Shown here: positions 52,303 through 62,242 of the stretch, piece by piece
Layout of the letters: each line of letters opens with the position of its first letter
Numbering within the stretch: the first letter of the stretch is position 1
Assembly: GCA_963755915.1 (NCBI GenBank)
Contig: CAVWLP010000002.1
Location: 3,808,001 to 3,872,000 of the forward strand
DNA: 64,000 nt
Source: an uncultured Phycisphaerales bacterium
Lineage (GTDB): Bacteria > Planctomycetota > Phycisphaerae > Tepidisphaerales > Tepidisphaeraceae
Direction: 5' to 3'
Made by a program: the position numbers and the translations under genes
Notes under the pieces: model-generated
Databases searched by the model: none
What the model saw: the letters and a program-made list of their open reading frames with translations, nothing else
Told to the model about the DNA's origin: nothing

Positions 52303-52767
52303 TTATGGGCTCGAGCCATGCGGCACGTTGGTTATCTGGGCGTTGCGCTTCACGATATCGATATCGGTGACGCCGGGCCCCAGCGGAATATCCAGCCGGT
52401 CCGGATCGCCTGCGTGTTTGGTCAGCATGACGTCCAAATCCGTGGCGCGATAGACGCGAAGCACGGCCACGTCGTCCGATTCGATCGTTCCCTTCAAAAC
52501 AGTATGTGCCGTGTCCCCGGGTTCGACGACGACGCCGCCGATGTGCTGGGTTTGGGTTGTTCCGATTGCCGCGACTTCGGGGGGAACCCAGCCGTCTTCG
52601 TACTGGCCGTCCGTGACCGGCTTGGCCTTGGTCATCCAGACGGTGACCGGATCTGAGAGCCGGTTGGTGACCGTTACATCAAATGTTTGCTGGCTCTGGC
52701 AGCCGACGGCGGCGAGGGCGAGGATTGAAAAGAAGAGTGTGCGGAGTAGGCAGGGCGGGCCGATCAA
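52303..52767 (-). CDS. Hypothetical lipoprotein (start uncertain)
   Basis: LFFSILALAAVGC lipobox. The upstream part of ORF 52303..53178 is MITE read-through. Confidence 0.65.
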   Translation of the reverse strand: MIGPPCLLRTLFFSILALAAVGCQSQQTFDVTVTNRLSDPVTVWMTKAKPVTDGQYEDGWVPPEVAAIGTTQTQHIGGVVVEPGDTAHTVLKGTIESDDVAVLRVYRATDLDVMLTKHAGDPDRLDIPLGPGVTDIDIVKRNAQITNVPHGSSP

Positions 52768-52792
52768 TGAAGCAGCCAGCGTATCCTTTTCC

Positions 52793-53200
52793 CTGTCCGC
52801 CCGGCATTGTGTTTGTTTCGGACGCACATCGGCCGTCGCATTAAATGCAAATTCGAAATGCAATGCAGGGGAGGCGGGAGACAACCCATAAGGCCCCAAG
52901 GTTTTTCTCCCGCCTCCCCCGCACCCCCTCCACCCACTTTCCGCTTCTCCTAACCGTCCAAGGGCAAAGACCGATGGGCTCGCGCCTTTGTGCGGATCGC
53001 AAATTCTTCTGCCTCCGGATGGTTGAGGGGAAAAGGAGAGGGAGTGGGGTGGGTGCGGGAGGGGCGAGGGAGAAACTATAGAGGCGCCCTTGCGACTCAT
53101 CTCATGTGGTTCTCCCTCGCCCCTCCTGCATTGCATTTGTCTTTCGTCCTTAAGCGAGCCGCCCTGGGGCCAACGCATTTAAAAAGTGTGGGGCCGCCAG
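52793..53200. mobile_element. MITE-like palindromic element copy B (408 bp)
   Basis: Degenerate TIRs CTGTCCGCCCGGCA / TGTGGGGCCGCCAG. About 65 bp identical to copy A (GCAATGCAGGGGAGGCGGGAGACAACCCATAAGGCCCCAAGGTTTTTCTCCCGCCTCCCCCGCACCCCC). No clear duplication. Confidence 0.8.
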
Positions 53201-53257
53201 GATTTTGAAGGGAGGCAAGTAAACCAAAACTCGAAGCGGATTGATCATTGGGGCATG

Positions 53258-54091
53258 TTAACTTCCGCTCGGCCGAAGCACCACGCGGACGACAGACTCG
53301 GCCGCGGCTTTGCACGCCGCGTGGAGGGCCTGCGTGTCCCGATACGGCCCCGCCGGAACGCGCCGGGCTGCCACATCCACCTCAATCGTCGGCGAATTGA
53401 ACGGCCAGGGATAAAGCTGCATGCCTCCCTCCCCATCCGGCGAAATCCGGGCAGAGATCGCATCCAACCCCGGCCGGGGATAGACCATTTCAATCCGCCG
53501 AAAATCGGCTCGTTGAAGCAGAGGTTGAGGCTCACCTGGTCCAAAAGCTCCAGCAGGAAAAAATTGGCTCGCAGCAGGTCCTCCTCCGGCGAACGCCCCG
53601 GCTCCGCCAGCCCGCCCCGTAGCGGCTGATCCGTCCGCATCTGCAACTTGCCTCGAAGCTGCTCTTGAATCTCGATCTGCCGATGCACAAACCGCCGGAT
53701 GCGAAATGTTTTCTGCCGGCTCACTTCATCCTGATGCTCGACTTCGTGCGCTGCCGCCCGATTGGCCAGGGCCATCGTGTGCAGGCTCACCAGCATCCCG
53801 GCATAGGGGTCGCGGGCGATGACCTGATCGACGGATTGCCCCCAGGCGTCCAGGGCGGTCAGAATGTCCGCTTCGAAAACATGCTCCGGATAACCGTGAA
53901 CATTGAGCTGCGGCCTGGAATCCTCCGCCTGCCAGCCGCAATCGTGCTGGGAGATGCCGAGAATCACTGATTCGAAGGGGGACGGGGGCGAAAAGAGCGT
54001 TTCCGACGCGGCGAGCAAGCTCGCCGGCTAAACGGGCATGGTCGTCCTGCCGGATGAGTAAAAGCTGTTTTCCGTCCTGCCGCCGGATCAT
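53258..54091 (-). CDS. DUF3891 family protein (two frameshifts)
   Basis: LLLIRQDDHARLAGELA, HDCGW, DPYAGMLVSLH, DQVSL.LC, PWPF. Confidence 0.8.
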
Positions 54092-54175
54092 CTGTGTGAC
54101 AGCATAGCCTAAAGCAATTGAATCGGTGTACCTGTTCTTAGTCGGTTCCCCTGTTTTTTCGATCACCCCTGGAAT

Positions 54176-54648
54176 TTGACCAGCGCGACACTTTTCTAAT
54201 GCGTTGGGCAAAGAGGTGCTCGCTGAAAGGCGAAATTCAAATGCAATGCAGGAGGGGCGAGGGGACACCATATAAGGCCCCAAAAGATAAGGCCCCAAAA
54301 GTTTTCCCCTCGCCCCTCCCGCACCCACCCCACTCCCCTTCCTTTTCCCCTCAACGCTCCCCCAGAAATGCAATGCATCGCAACCACTGCGTAATTGTGT
54401 GGCCGAAGGACCACGTGGACGCACAGCGCCGATTCTTGCAGAAATATGTCGGCATTCCGGATTTGGGATTGGACGGTTAGGGGAAGTCGGAAAGTGGAGG
54501 AGGGGTGCGGGGAGGAGGCGAAAACCGCTTGGGGCGCCCATGCAACTCATCTCGCGGGGTGTTCGCCTCCTCCCCGCATTGAGTTCGCATTTGCCTCTAA
54601 AAAGGTTGCCGCTTTGGGGTCAAAAACAGAGAGTTTCGCGCGTCCAAG
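54176..54648. mobile_element. MITE-like palindromic element copy C (~470 bp, inverted relative to B)
   Basis: TTGACCAGCGCGACACTTTT end, AAATGCAATGCAGGAGGGGCGAGGGGA hairpin arm, CCTTTTCCCCTCAACGCTCC, GGACGGTTAGGGGAA arm. Confidence 0.75.
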
Positions 54649-54876
54649 TGCTCCCGGGGGATGGGGTGTGGGGGCCGATCCGCGAACGAACCATGTGCGC
54701 GTAATGAATTTTTCCCCTGCAAATTACTGGAAAATCTTCTTAGGGCGGGTTACATAGATATTGGATTCAGACCGGAGCGGCCAAGGATGGCGCGATTCAT
54801 TTCCACCTTTTCCGATACATCTGCCGATAAACGGGGTGGTCCGTCTAATCATATTTGGCCAATGACGAAGGGAATC

Positions 54877-55638
54877 ATGCGCACTTTTGGAATCGCCCGG
54901 CAATGCTTCTGTCTGGCACTGTTTTTGGCAATGGGGGCGGGTCTTCTCAGCGGCTGCCAGATGGAGAGTGCCGATGCTGACTTGCCGCCGGTCAATTTAA
55001 ATCCCCCCGCGGTTGCCCAGGCTGCGCCTCTGCCCCCGGTGGTGGCGATGCCGCCGCCGGTCTATTCCGCGCCCGCCCCGGCGGCGGTTCGTGAAATACC
55101 CGCGCCGGCGTACTCTTCGGCCGTCCCGGCAGGCTGGATTCCACCGGTGGCGCCGCGGCACTGGACCTGGATCATCATCCACCACAGCGACAGCGCCTAC
55201 GGCTCGGCCGCCATCATCGACCAATGGCACCGCGCCCGCGGATTTGACGAGCTTGGCTATCACTTCGTCATCGGCAACGGAACAAACAGCGGCGATGGCC
55301 AGATCGAAGTCGGCCCACGCTGGACCAAGCAAAAATGGGGCGCTCACGACAACGCCCTCGATAACCGCTACAACATTTATGGCATCGGCATCTGCCTGGT
55401 CGGCGATTTCAACAAAACCCACCCCACGCCGCGACAGATGCGGTCGCTGGTGAAGCTGGTGGCCTATCTCATGGAAACCTACAACATCCCCGCATCCCGA
55501 GTGCTGGGGCATGGGCAGACGAAGGTCACCGAATGCCCGGGGCGGAATCTGAATGTCGCATCGGTGCGCGAACAGGCCGAGCGGCTTGTCGCGGATGGGA
55601 ATATCGATTTCAATGCGAATTATGCAGACCAGCGGTGA
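54877..55638 (+). CDS. N-acetylmuramoyl-L-alanine amidase (Amidase_2/PGRP-like) lipoprotein
   Basis: LLSGC lipobox, IIIHHS, LGYHFVIGNG, GAH, GIGICLVGDF, GH...TECPG. Confidence 0.9.
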   Translation: MRTFGIARQCFCLALFLAMGAGLLSGCQMESADADLPPVNLNPPAVAQAAPLPPVVAMPPPVYSAPAPAAVREIPAPAYSSAVPAGWIPPVAPRHWTWIIIHHSDSAYGSAAIIDQWHRARGFDELGYHFVIGNGTNSGDGQIEVGPRWTKQKWGAHDNALDNRYNIYGIGICLVGDFNKTHPTPRQMRSLVKLVAYLMETYNIPASRVLGHGQTKVTECPGRNLNVASVREQAERLVADGNIDFNANYADQR

Positions 55639-55678
55639 ATCGCTTCTCCGTTGCCTCCTCAGTTGGAACTCCATAGCC

Positions 55679-55751
55679 GTATGGTGGGCGTATTCGCCCA
55701 CCGTTTGGTCTGCCGATCACCGAGAATGGTGGGCGAGTACACCCACCCTAC
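55679..55751. repeat. GTAG-type REP doublet (REPIN-like)
   Basis: GTATGGTGGGCGTATTCGCCCACC ... GGTGGGCGAGTACACCCACCCTAC. Confidence 0.75.
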
Positions 55752-55776
55752 GTACTCACTCCTTCATTAATCAGCC

Positions 55777-57162
55777 ATGATCGAAAAAATATTCAAAGCT
55801 TACGACGTTCGCGCCACCTACCCCAATCCCTTGAACGAAGAAGCCGCCTGGAAGGTTGGTAATGCGACGGCCCAGTTCCTCAAGCTCAGCCGTAAAGGAA
55901 CCACCGAACGAGTGAAATTGGAAGACACACTGGTCGTCGGCCGCGACATGCGGCCGCATTCACCCGCGCTGGCCAACGCCCTCATCGACGGCATTCGCAG
56001 CGCCGGATTGAACGTGATCGACGTGGGCATGATCGACACCTCCTTCATCTATTTCGCCATCAACCACCTCGACGCCGTCGGCGGAATCCAGACGACCGCC
56101 TCCCACAACCCCGCCCAATACAACGGCTTCAAAATCAGCGGCCCCAAGGCGCAGCCCATCGGCGCCGCCAGCGGGTTGGACGACATCAAACGCATCGCAG
56201 CGGAACTGAAATCCACCCAATCTTCCCCCACCGGCAAAGTCCAGCAGCAGGACCTCTGGCCGCAGTACCGCAAACACGTGCTGAAATTTCTCGACCTCAA
56301 GCGCCCGCTGAAAGTCGTGATTGACGCCAGCAATGGCATGGCGGGAAAAATGGTCCCGGCGATTTTCGACGGGGTGCCCAACCTCAAAATCAGCCCGCTG
56401 CTTTTTGAAATCACCGGCAGTTTCGTCCATGAGCCCAACCCGCTGGTCGATCAGAACCTGGACATGCTCAAAACTCGCATCGCCGTCGAAAAGCCCGACC
56501 TCGGCGTCTGCTTCGACGGCGACGCCGACCGCTGCATTTTCGTCGACGAAAAACAAAAGACCATCGGCTGCGATATCGTGACGGCCCTCCTCGCCCGCGA
56601 TTTTCTGCAGATGCCCGAGAATAAGGGCTCGACGATTGTGTACGATCTGCGTTCCAGCCACGTCGTTCCGGACGAAGTGAAATCCGCCGGCGGCGTTCCG
56701 CGGCGCGACCGCGTCGGCCACGCCTTCATCAAGAAAACCCTGGCCGAAACCAAGGCGGTCTTCGGCGGCGAGCTCTCCGGGCACTTCTATTTCCGCGACA
56801 ATTTCTTCGCCGACAGCGGCGCCATCGCCTTCGCGCGATTGCTTTCGGTTCTTTCGGCGCAGTCCAAACCTCTTAGCGAATTGGTTGGCCCGCTTCATCG
56901 CTACGCGCAAACCGGCGAGATCAATTTTCAGGTGGAGGACAAGGACGGGAAAATCAAGGAGCTCGCCGAGGCGTACAAGAAGGGGCAGGTGGATTATCTG
57001 GATGGCATCACTGCCGACCTGGGCGATTGGTGGTTCAATGTTCGCAAAAGCAACACTGAGCCGCTGCTCCGCCTCAATCTTGAGGCGAAAACGCCGAAGC
57101 TCATGAACGACAAATTTGCCGAATTAAAAAAGCTCCTCGGCGAGCCGATTCACGGGCACTAA
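55777..57162 (+). CDS. Phosphomannomutase/phosphoglucomutase
   Basis: IFKAYDVR, TASHNP, FDGDADR, GELSGHFYF, RKSNTEP. Confidence 0.95.
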   Translation: MIEKIFKAYDVRATYPNPLNEEAAWKVGNATAQFLKLSRKGTTERVKLEDTLVVGRDMRPHSPALANALIDGIRSAGLNVIDVGMIDTSFIYFAINHLDAVGGIQTTASHNPAQYNGFKISGPKAQPIGAASGLDDIKRIAAELKSTQSSPTGKVQQQDLWPQYRKHVLKFLDLKRPLKVVIDASNGMAGKMVPAIFDGVPNLKISPLLFEITGSFVHEPNPLVDQNLDMLKTRIAVEKPDLGVCFDGDADRCIFVDEKQKTIGCDIVTALLARDFLQMPENKGSTIVYDLRSSHVVPDEVKSAGGVPRRDRVGHAFIKKTLAETKAVFGGELSGHFYFRDNFFADSGAIAFARLLSVLSAQSKPLSELVGPLHRYAQTGEINFQVEDKDGKIKELAEAYKKGQVDYLDGITADLGDWWFNVRKSNTEPLLRLNLEAKTPKLMNDKFAELKKLLGEPIHGH

Positions 57163-57237
57163 TCGAAAACGATTTCTCACGTAGAGGCGCGGAGGCGCTG
57201 AGCTTGAGACCGGATTTCTCCGCGCCTTGCGCCTCTG

Positions 57238-59210
57238 GTGCGTCAGTGAAACCGGTTTTGTCTTGTGAACTGAAAGGAGTTCACCATGGAATGACCCGTT
57301 AGCCGTGTAGCCGCCCGGGCGTGACGACGGAGCAATCGGTCGCGCGAAGCCCCGGAAGGCGAAGGCGCGAGCCGTAGCGTTAAGCGAACCCAAACCAGCC
57401 TCGTTACGCCAATGGGAGTGGCCAACCCGTCAGAGAGGGCCAAGCCGGCGCGGACGATGAAGCAGCGGGTGCGAGCAATCGTCCGGCTCCTCGGGGTCGA
57501 TGGGGACGGCGCGTGCCGACAGACAAGATCGGGAACTGAGAGACCCCACGCATCGTTGTGCGGCTCGTTGGAAAGACATAACCAAGGGACGGGAAGCGTG
57601 GGGAGTCGGATGGGCTCATAGTAGCTGAGAAGCGGGGTAATGCCCGTGAGCGGAGGCGAAGCCTGCCGCGAGCCAAGGAGCCCTGACGGTATCGAGCGGA
57701 AGTAAGAAGAAGAGAGGCCCGCTTGCAGGGACAACCTGACAGTACGGATGATCCGACAGACTTGCCGGAGCACCTGAGGGTGAACTCCAGGGGTCTGCCG
57801 GGGAAAGTCTTTCTTCTGAGACAGAAGCTATACCTCAAAGCCAAGCGGGAACCGGGGTTTCGGTTTTACACCTTGTACGACCGGATCTGCCGGCGCGATG
57901 TTCTGGAAGCGGCGTGGGACCGGGTGTCCGCCAACGGCGGGGCGCCCGGCTTGGACGGGGTGAGCATCGAGAAGGTGCAAAACTCCGAGCACGGCGTCAG
58001 TGGATTCCTGAGCGAGATCGAAGAATCGCTCAAGACCCGCACCTACCGCCCGCAGCCGGTGAAGCGCGTGTACATTCCCAAAGCCAACGGCAAGCGGCGT
58101 CCATTGGGCATCCCCACGATCCGAGATCGCGTGGTGCAGATGGCGGTGCTGCTGCTCATCGAGCCGATCTTCGAGGCGGATTTCCTGGACTGTTCGTATG
58201 GATTCCGTCCCGGTCGCTCGGCTCACGATGCGCTGGAGGCGATCAAGCAAAACCTCCAGCAGGGCCGAAGGGAAGTGTATGACGCGGATTTGCAGTCGTA
58301 CTTCGACACGATTCCCCATGAGAAACTGATGGCGTGTGTCCAGAAGCGGATCACGGACGGAAGCGTGCTGAAGCTGATCCGGATGTGGCTGAAGGCGGTG
58401 ATCGTCGAAGAAGGCGAGAAGCCCGGCGATCCACCGAAAGTCACCCGGAGCAAACAGGGAACGCCGCAGGGCGGAGTGATCTCGCCGCTGCTGGCCAACC
58501 TATATCTGCACTGGTTTGATAAATTGTTCCACCGATCCGATGGCCCGCATCGCTGGGCGAACGCCCGGCTGATCCGGTACGCCGACGACTTTGTCATCAT
58601 GGCAAGGTATATAGGCCCTCAGATCAAGCAGTTCGTGGAACGCACGCTGCAAGGCCGGTTTGATCTGACGATCAACACCGACAAGACCCGCACGGTGAAG
58701 TTGAAAGAGCCGGGCGAAAGTCTGAACTTTCTCGGGTACAGGTTCCGGTACGACCGGAGCCTGCAAGGCGGGCCGGGGCGTTATCTGAACCTCTGTCCTT
58801 CGAGCAAGTCGATGCAGCGTGAGCGGGACAAATTGCGGGAGATGACCGGACCCGAAGCAGGCTTTGTGCCCATCCCGGCGTTGATCGTACAGATCAACGA
58901 GCACCTGAGAGGATGGGCCAACTACTTCGGCAAAGGCTATCCGCGCAAGGCGTTCCGTCAGATCAACCGATTTGTGCAGGAGCGACTGGAACGACACCTT
59001 AAACGTCGCAGCCAGCGTCCGTTCCGTGTGCGCGGAGCGAGGAGCTGGTACGAACAGTTGCAGCGTCTGGGCCTCATCAGCCTGCGACCTGTTCCGACCG
59101 TGAATGCTTGAGAAGAACAATACCGTGAGAGCCGGATGCGGGAAACCCGCTCGTCCGGTTCGAAGAGGGAGAGCTGAGCGGCAATCGGGTCGTTCAGTTC
59201 TCTACTCTAC
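57238..59210 (+). mobile_element. Group II intron (1973 nt)
   Basis: 5' GTGCG at 57238, domain V GAGCCGGATGCGGGAAACCCGCTCGTCCGGTTC (59129-59161), domain VI with bulged A (59204), 3' end AC. Flanks rejoin to restore a palindrome. Confidence 0.9.
57723..59111 (+). CDS. ltrA: Group II intron reverse transcriptase/maturase without endonuclease domain
   Basis: [56 protein letters not shown]. No HNH at the C-terminus. Confidence 0.95.
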   Translation: MQGQPDSTDDPTDLPEHLRVNSRGLPGKVFLLRQKLYLKAKREPGFRFYTLYDRICRRDVLEAAWDRVSANGGAPGLDGVSIEKVQNSEHGVSGFLSEIEESLKTRTYRPQPVKRVYIPKANGKRRPLGIPTIRDRVVQMAVLLLIEPIFEADFLDCSYGFRPGRSAHDALEAIKQNLQQGRREVYDADLQSYFDTIPHEKLMACVQKRITDGSVLKLIRMWLKAVIVEEGEKPGDPPKVTRSKQGTPQGGVISPLLANLYLHWFDKLFHRSDGPHRWANARLIRYADDFVIMARYIGPQIKQFVERTLQGRFDLTINTDKTRTVKLKEPGESLNFLGYRFRYDRSLQGGPGRYLNLCPSSKSMQRERDKLREMTGPEAGFVPIPALIVQINEHLRGWANYFGKGYPRKAFRQINRFVQERLERHLKRRSQRPFRVRGARSWYEQLQRLGLISLRPVPTVNA

Positions 59211-59223
59211 CGTGAGATCCTCT

Positions 59224-60754
59224 TCATTCCGCAAAAGTGATGTCGGCAATTCGATGCTTGGCCATTCCGTAGAGATACAAATCCAGAAACGGCTTCTTCC
59301 CATCCCACGAATGCCAGATAACGATGCGCTGCCGGTCGGAGGTAACCGCGGCAATTTTATCCGCCACCGCCGCGACGATGCGCAGGCCCTGATACGGACT
59401 GGAATACTGCGTCAGCACCTCATCATCCGGCCCGACGCACAAAATTCCGCCCGTTTCCGTCGTCAGCAGAAGCCGCACATCCCCCAGCCACGGCAGCGCT
59501 GCTGCCGCCAGCACATTGCCGCTGCGCCGCTGGCTGCACGTGATTTCCCACGTTTCCACCGACCATGAGCATATCTGCCCATCCGCATGCGCCGTCAAAA
59601 TTCGCTGCTCTTGTGGGCAGATTGCTACGATCTCAGAATCGCCGCCATGCGGGATCGGCTGCAATCCACCCTCGTCGGATACCACGACCAACTGTTTCCC
59701 GCTGCTGAGAATCAATCGCTGCGAATCCAGCCGCACCAGGTTGCGCGGCGAAAATCCGGCAATATTCGAACCTGCCGGCCGAATCGCGACCTGCGGATTC
59801 TTCGGCTCATCGAGCCTCCAGCAGACCAATCCCGCCTCCCCATGCGCCGCCCATAGTTTCCCGCCCGAAACGAGCGCACTGTTAAACCCCAGTTGGCTCG
59901 TCGTCTGCGGATCGGCGAATTGCGCCGCATTTGCGACCGCCTCGTGATTCACCCGCAGAATTCCCGATCGGCATCCCAGCAGCAGATTCCGCTCTCCATC
60001 ACCACGAACACTTCGCACCGGGCCCAGGTTCGGAGGCACGTCAATCATCTCCGGCTGCGCCTCTTCCCCGTCGATGCAAATCAGATAATTCCCCGCCACC
60101 GCCCAGAGCTTTGCCTGCGATCTCTTCTGCGCCGAAGCCAGAACTACCGCCCGAAAGACATCGGCCTGATCCGCATCGCTCACCCGCCCCAGCACCTGCC
60201 CGGGCGAAAGCCGCGGGGCGGCGGAGCGAATCGATTCGAACTGCGCGAACAACTCCGCCGAGCGCTTGAGATAATCCATCTGGTCGGCCGCCCGGCGCTC
60301 GGCCGCCTGCCGCTTCATCTGCTCGATCTGCTGGCGGTTCAGCGTCGGACAATCCAGATCAACCTGCGCCGGCTGGATGACTTCAATTCCGCAGCCGAAC
60401 CCCACCCCACCCGCCGACTCCAGCACCGCATCGAGGAGCTTGCACTTCCATCCTCGGCCAGCAGCGCCCTGGCCTCCCAGCCGCCCGAGAATTTCCTCGC
60501 CGCGGCCAGAATCGCCGTGGCAAAATAGTCGATCACATCCCCCGAAGTCACCGCGGATTTCGTCCCCAGCAGCGCCTCCTCCAGCATCCGCAGCTCGTTC
60601 TCCTCAGGCAGCGCCCGCACCGTGGCCATGAAAGCGCCGCGCACGGTGTGACCATCGCTGGTCGTCAGCTCGCTCAATTCCCAGCGCAGCCGCTGCGCCC
60701 GGCGACCTGAATAACGGTTTGCGTCCGCTTGGCGAAAACATCGTCCCTGGCCAT
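59224..60754 (-). CDS. Hypothetical protein with C-terminal beta-propeller-like region (two frameshifts)
   Basis: ORFs 59224..60426 and 60339..60677 plus ATG 60754. WD-like strands (LWAAHGEAGLVCW, TAHADGQICSW). Confidence 0.55.
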
Positions 60755-60880
60755 GCCGAAATTCTAAGACAAATCGCCCGCCGATAAAAAGGTGATTGGG
60801 GCAAATAAATCGTGCGGTTTTTTATAATCTCGCGCCCTTTCTTGACGGCCCGGTGATCCGGGCATGAGAATCGCCCCACG

Positions 60881-62242
60881 ATGGCGAAATCGTCGCCTTT
60901 GCCCACCACCCCGCTGATTCTTGCGCTGCTCTGCGGCCTGGCCGCCTACTGCAACAGTTTCCACGGCCCATTCATTTTCGACGACGTCGACGCCATCGCC
61001 AATAACCTCAGCTTTCAGCCGTCGGCGACTCATTCCGGAACATCTTCCCCCACAACCCTCAGCGGGCGCCCGGTTCTCTGGCTCTCGTTTGAAATCGACA
61101 ACGCGCTGGGCGACCTGCACGTCGAAATTTACCACATTACCAATCTCCTGATTCACCTCGCCGCCGGCGCCGTCCTCTACGGAATCGTCGCTCGAACGCT
61201 TTTGCGCCTCGGCGACCAGTTCCACGATTCCGCCCATTGGCTCGCCGCTGCCGTCACCGCGATCTGGCTCGTCCATCCGCTGAACACCGAGGCCGTGACC
61301 TACACAATCCAGCGCGCCGAATCTCTCGCTGGACTGTTTTATCTCCTGGTCATCTACTGCCTGATTAGAAACTGGAGATTCGCCGCCATCGCAGCCTGCG
61401 CGCTGGGAATGGGCACAAAGGAAACCATGGTCACCGCCCCCGTCATGGCCCTCCTCTACGACCGCACGTTCCTTGCCGGCTCCTTCGCGTCCGCGTGGAA
61501 AACCCGGCGAACGATGTATATCGGCCTCGCCGCCACCTGGATCATCGTCATCATCGCCGCTGCGTCGGGATCCAGAAAAATGTCCGTCGGCAACATCAAC
61601 CCAATCGACTACGCAATGACCCAACTCGGCGTGATCTGGCACTACCTGCTCCTGACCTTCTGGCCCCACACCATAGTCCTGGATTATTACGATTGGCCAA
61701 TCACCGTCCGCGCTTCCGATATCACACCCGGCGGAATCATCGTCATTCTGCTCCTAATCCTCACCCTCCTCGCCCTTTGGCTGAAGCCGCGACTCGGTTT
61801 TCTCGGCGCCTGGTTCTTCCTGATCCTCGCCCCGACCTCCAGCGTAATCCCGATCTTCACCGAAGTTGCCGCAGAGCATCGCATGTACCTGCCCCTCATC
61901 TCGCCCATCGTCCTTGCAGTGGTAGGGGGGTGGACGATAATTTCCCGCCGTCCGGCAACCGCCTGGGCCGGTGGGGTGGGGTTCACGATCATTCTCGCCC
62001 TCCTTTCCGCCCGAACCTTCGTGCGCAACGCCCAGTACCAGGACCCGGAAATTCTCTGGCGTGATACCATCGCCGAGCGACCCTTGAATCCCCGCGCCCA
62101 TTTCAATCTCGGCTTCACCCTCATGACCGAAAACCGCCCCTCCGAAGCGGCCGTCGAATTCCAGAAGGCCCTTGCCCTCGAGCCTCATTATTACGCCGCG
62201 ATGCACTGGCTCTTTCTGATCGATTCCAGCCAGACAAAATGA
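60881..62242 (+). CDS. TMTC-like GT-C membrane glycosyltransferase with a short TPR tail
   Basis: FIFDD..AI..N, GRPV, YHITNLLIH, VHPLNTEAVTY..QRAESL, KE, AEHRMYLP, one TPR. Confidence 0.85.
   Translation: MAKSSPLPTTPLILALLCGLAAYCNSFHGPFIFDDVDAIANNLSFQPSATHSGTSSPTTLSGRPVLWLSFEIDNALGDLHVEIYHITNLLIHLAAGAVLYGIVARTLLRLGDQFHDSAHWLAAAVTAIWLVHPLNTEAVTYTIQRAESLAGLFYLLVIYCLIRNWRFAAIAACALGMGTKETMVTAPVMALLYDRTFLAGSFASAWKTRRTMYIGLAATWIIVIIAAASGSRKMSVGNINPIDYAMTQLGVIWHYLLLTFWPHTIVLDYYDWPITVRASDITPGGIIVILLLILTLLALWLKPRLGFLGAWFFLILAPTSSVIPIFTEVAAEHRMYLPLISPIVLAVVGGWTIISRRPATAWAGGVGFTIILALLSARTFVRNAQYQDPEILWRDTIAERPLNPRAHFNLGFTLMTENRPSEAAVEFQKALALEPHYYAAMHWLFLIDSSQTK

Noticed and set aside
49075-54648. MITE arms as integron attC sites (CCCTAAC...GTTGAGG) with xerC as integrase
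   Set aside because: No proper RYYYAAC/GTTRRRY R and L box geometry, copies are not co-oriented cassette ends, and the recombinase looks like housekeeping XerC without the IntI insertion.
57723-59111. RT as a retron, DGR or defence RT
   Set aside because: It has group II intron domains 0-7 and X, lies within recognisable intron termini with domains V and VI, and no TR/VR pair was seen.
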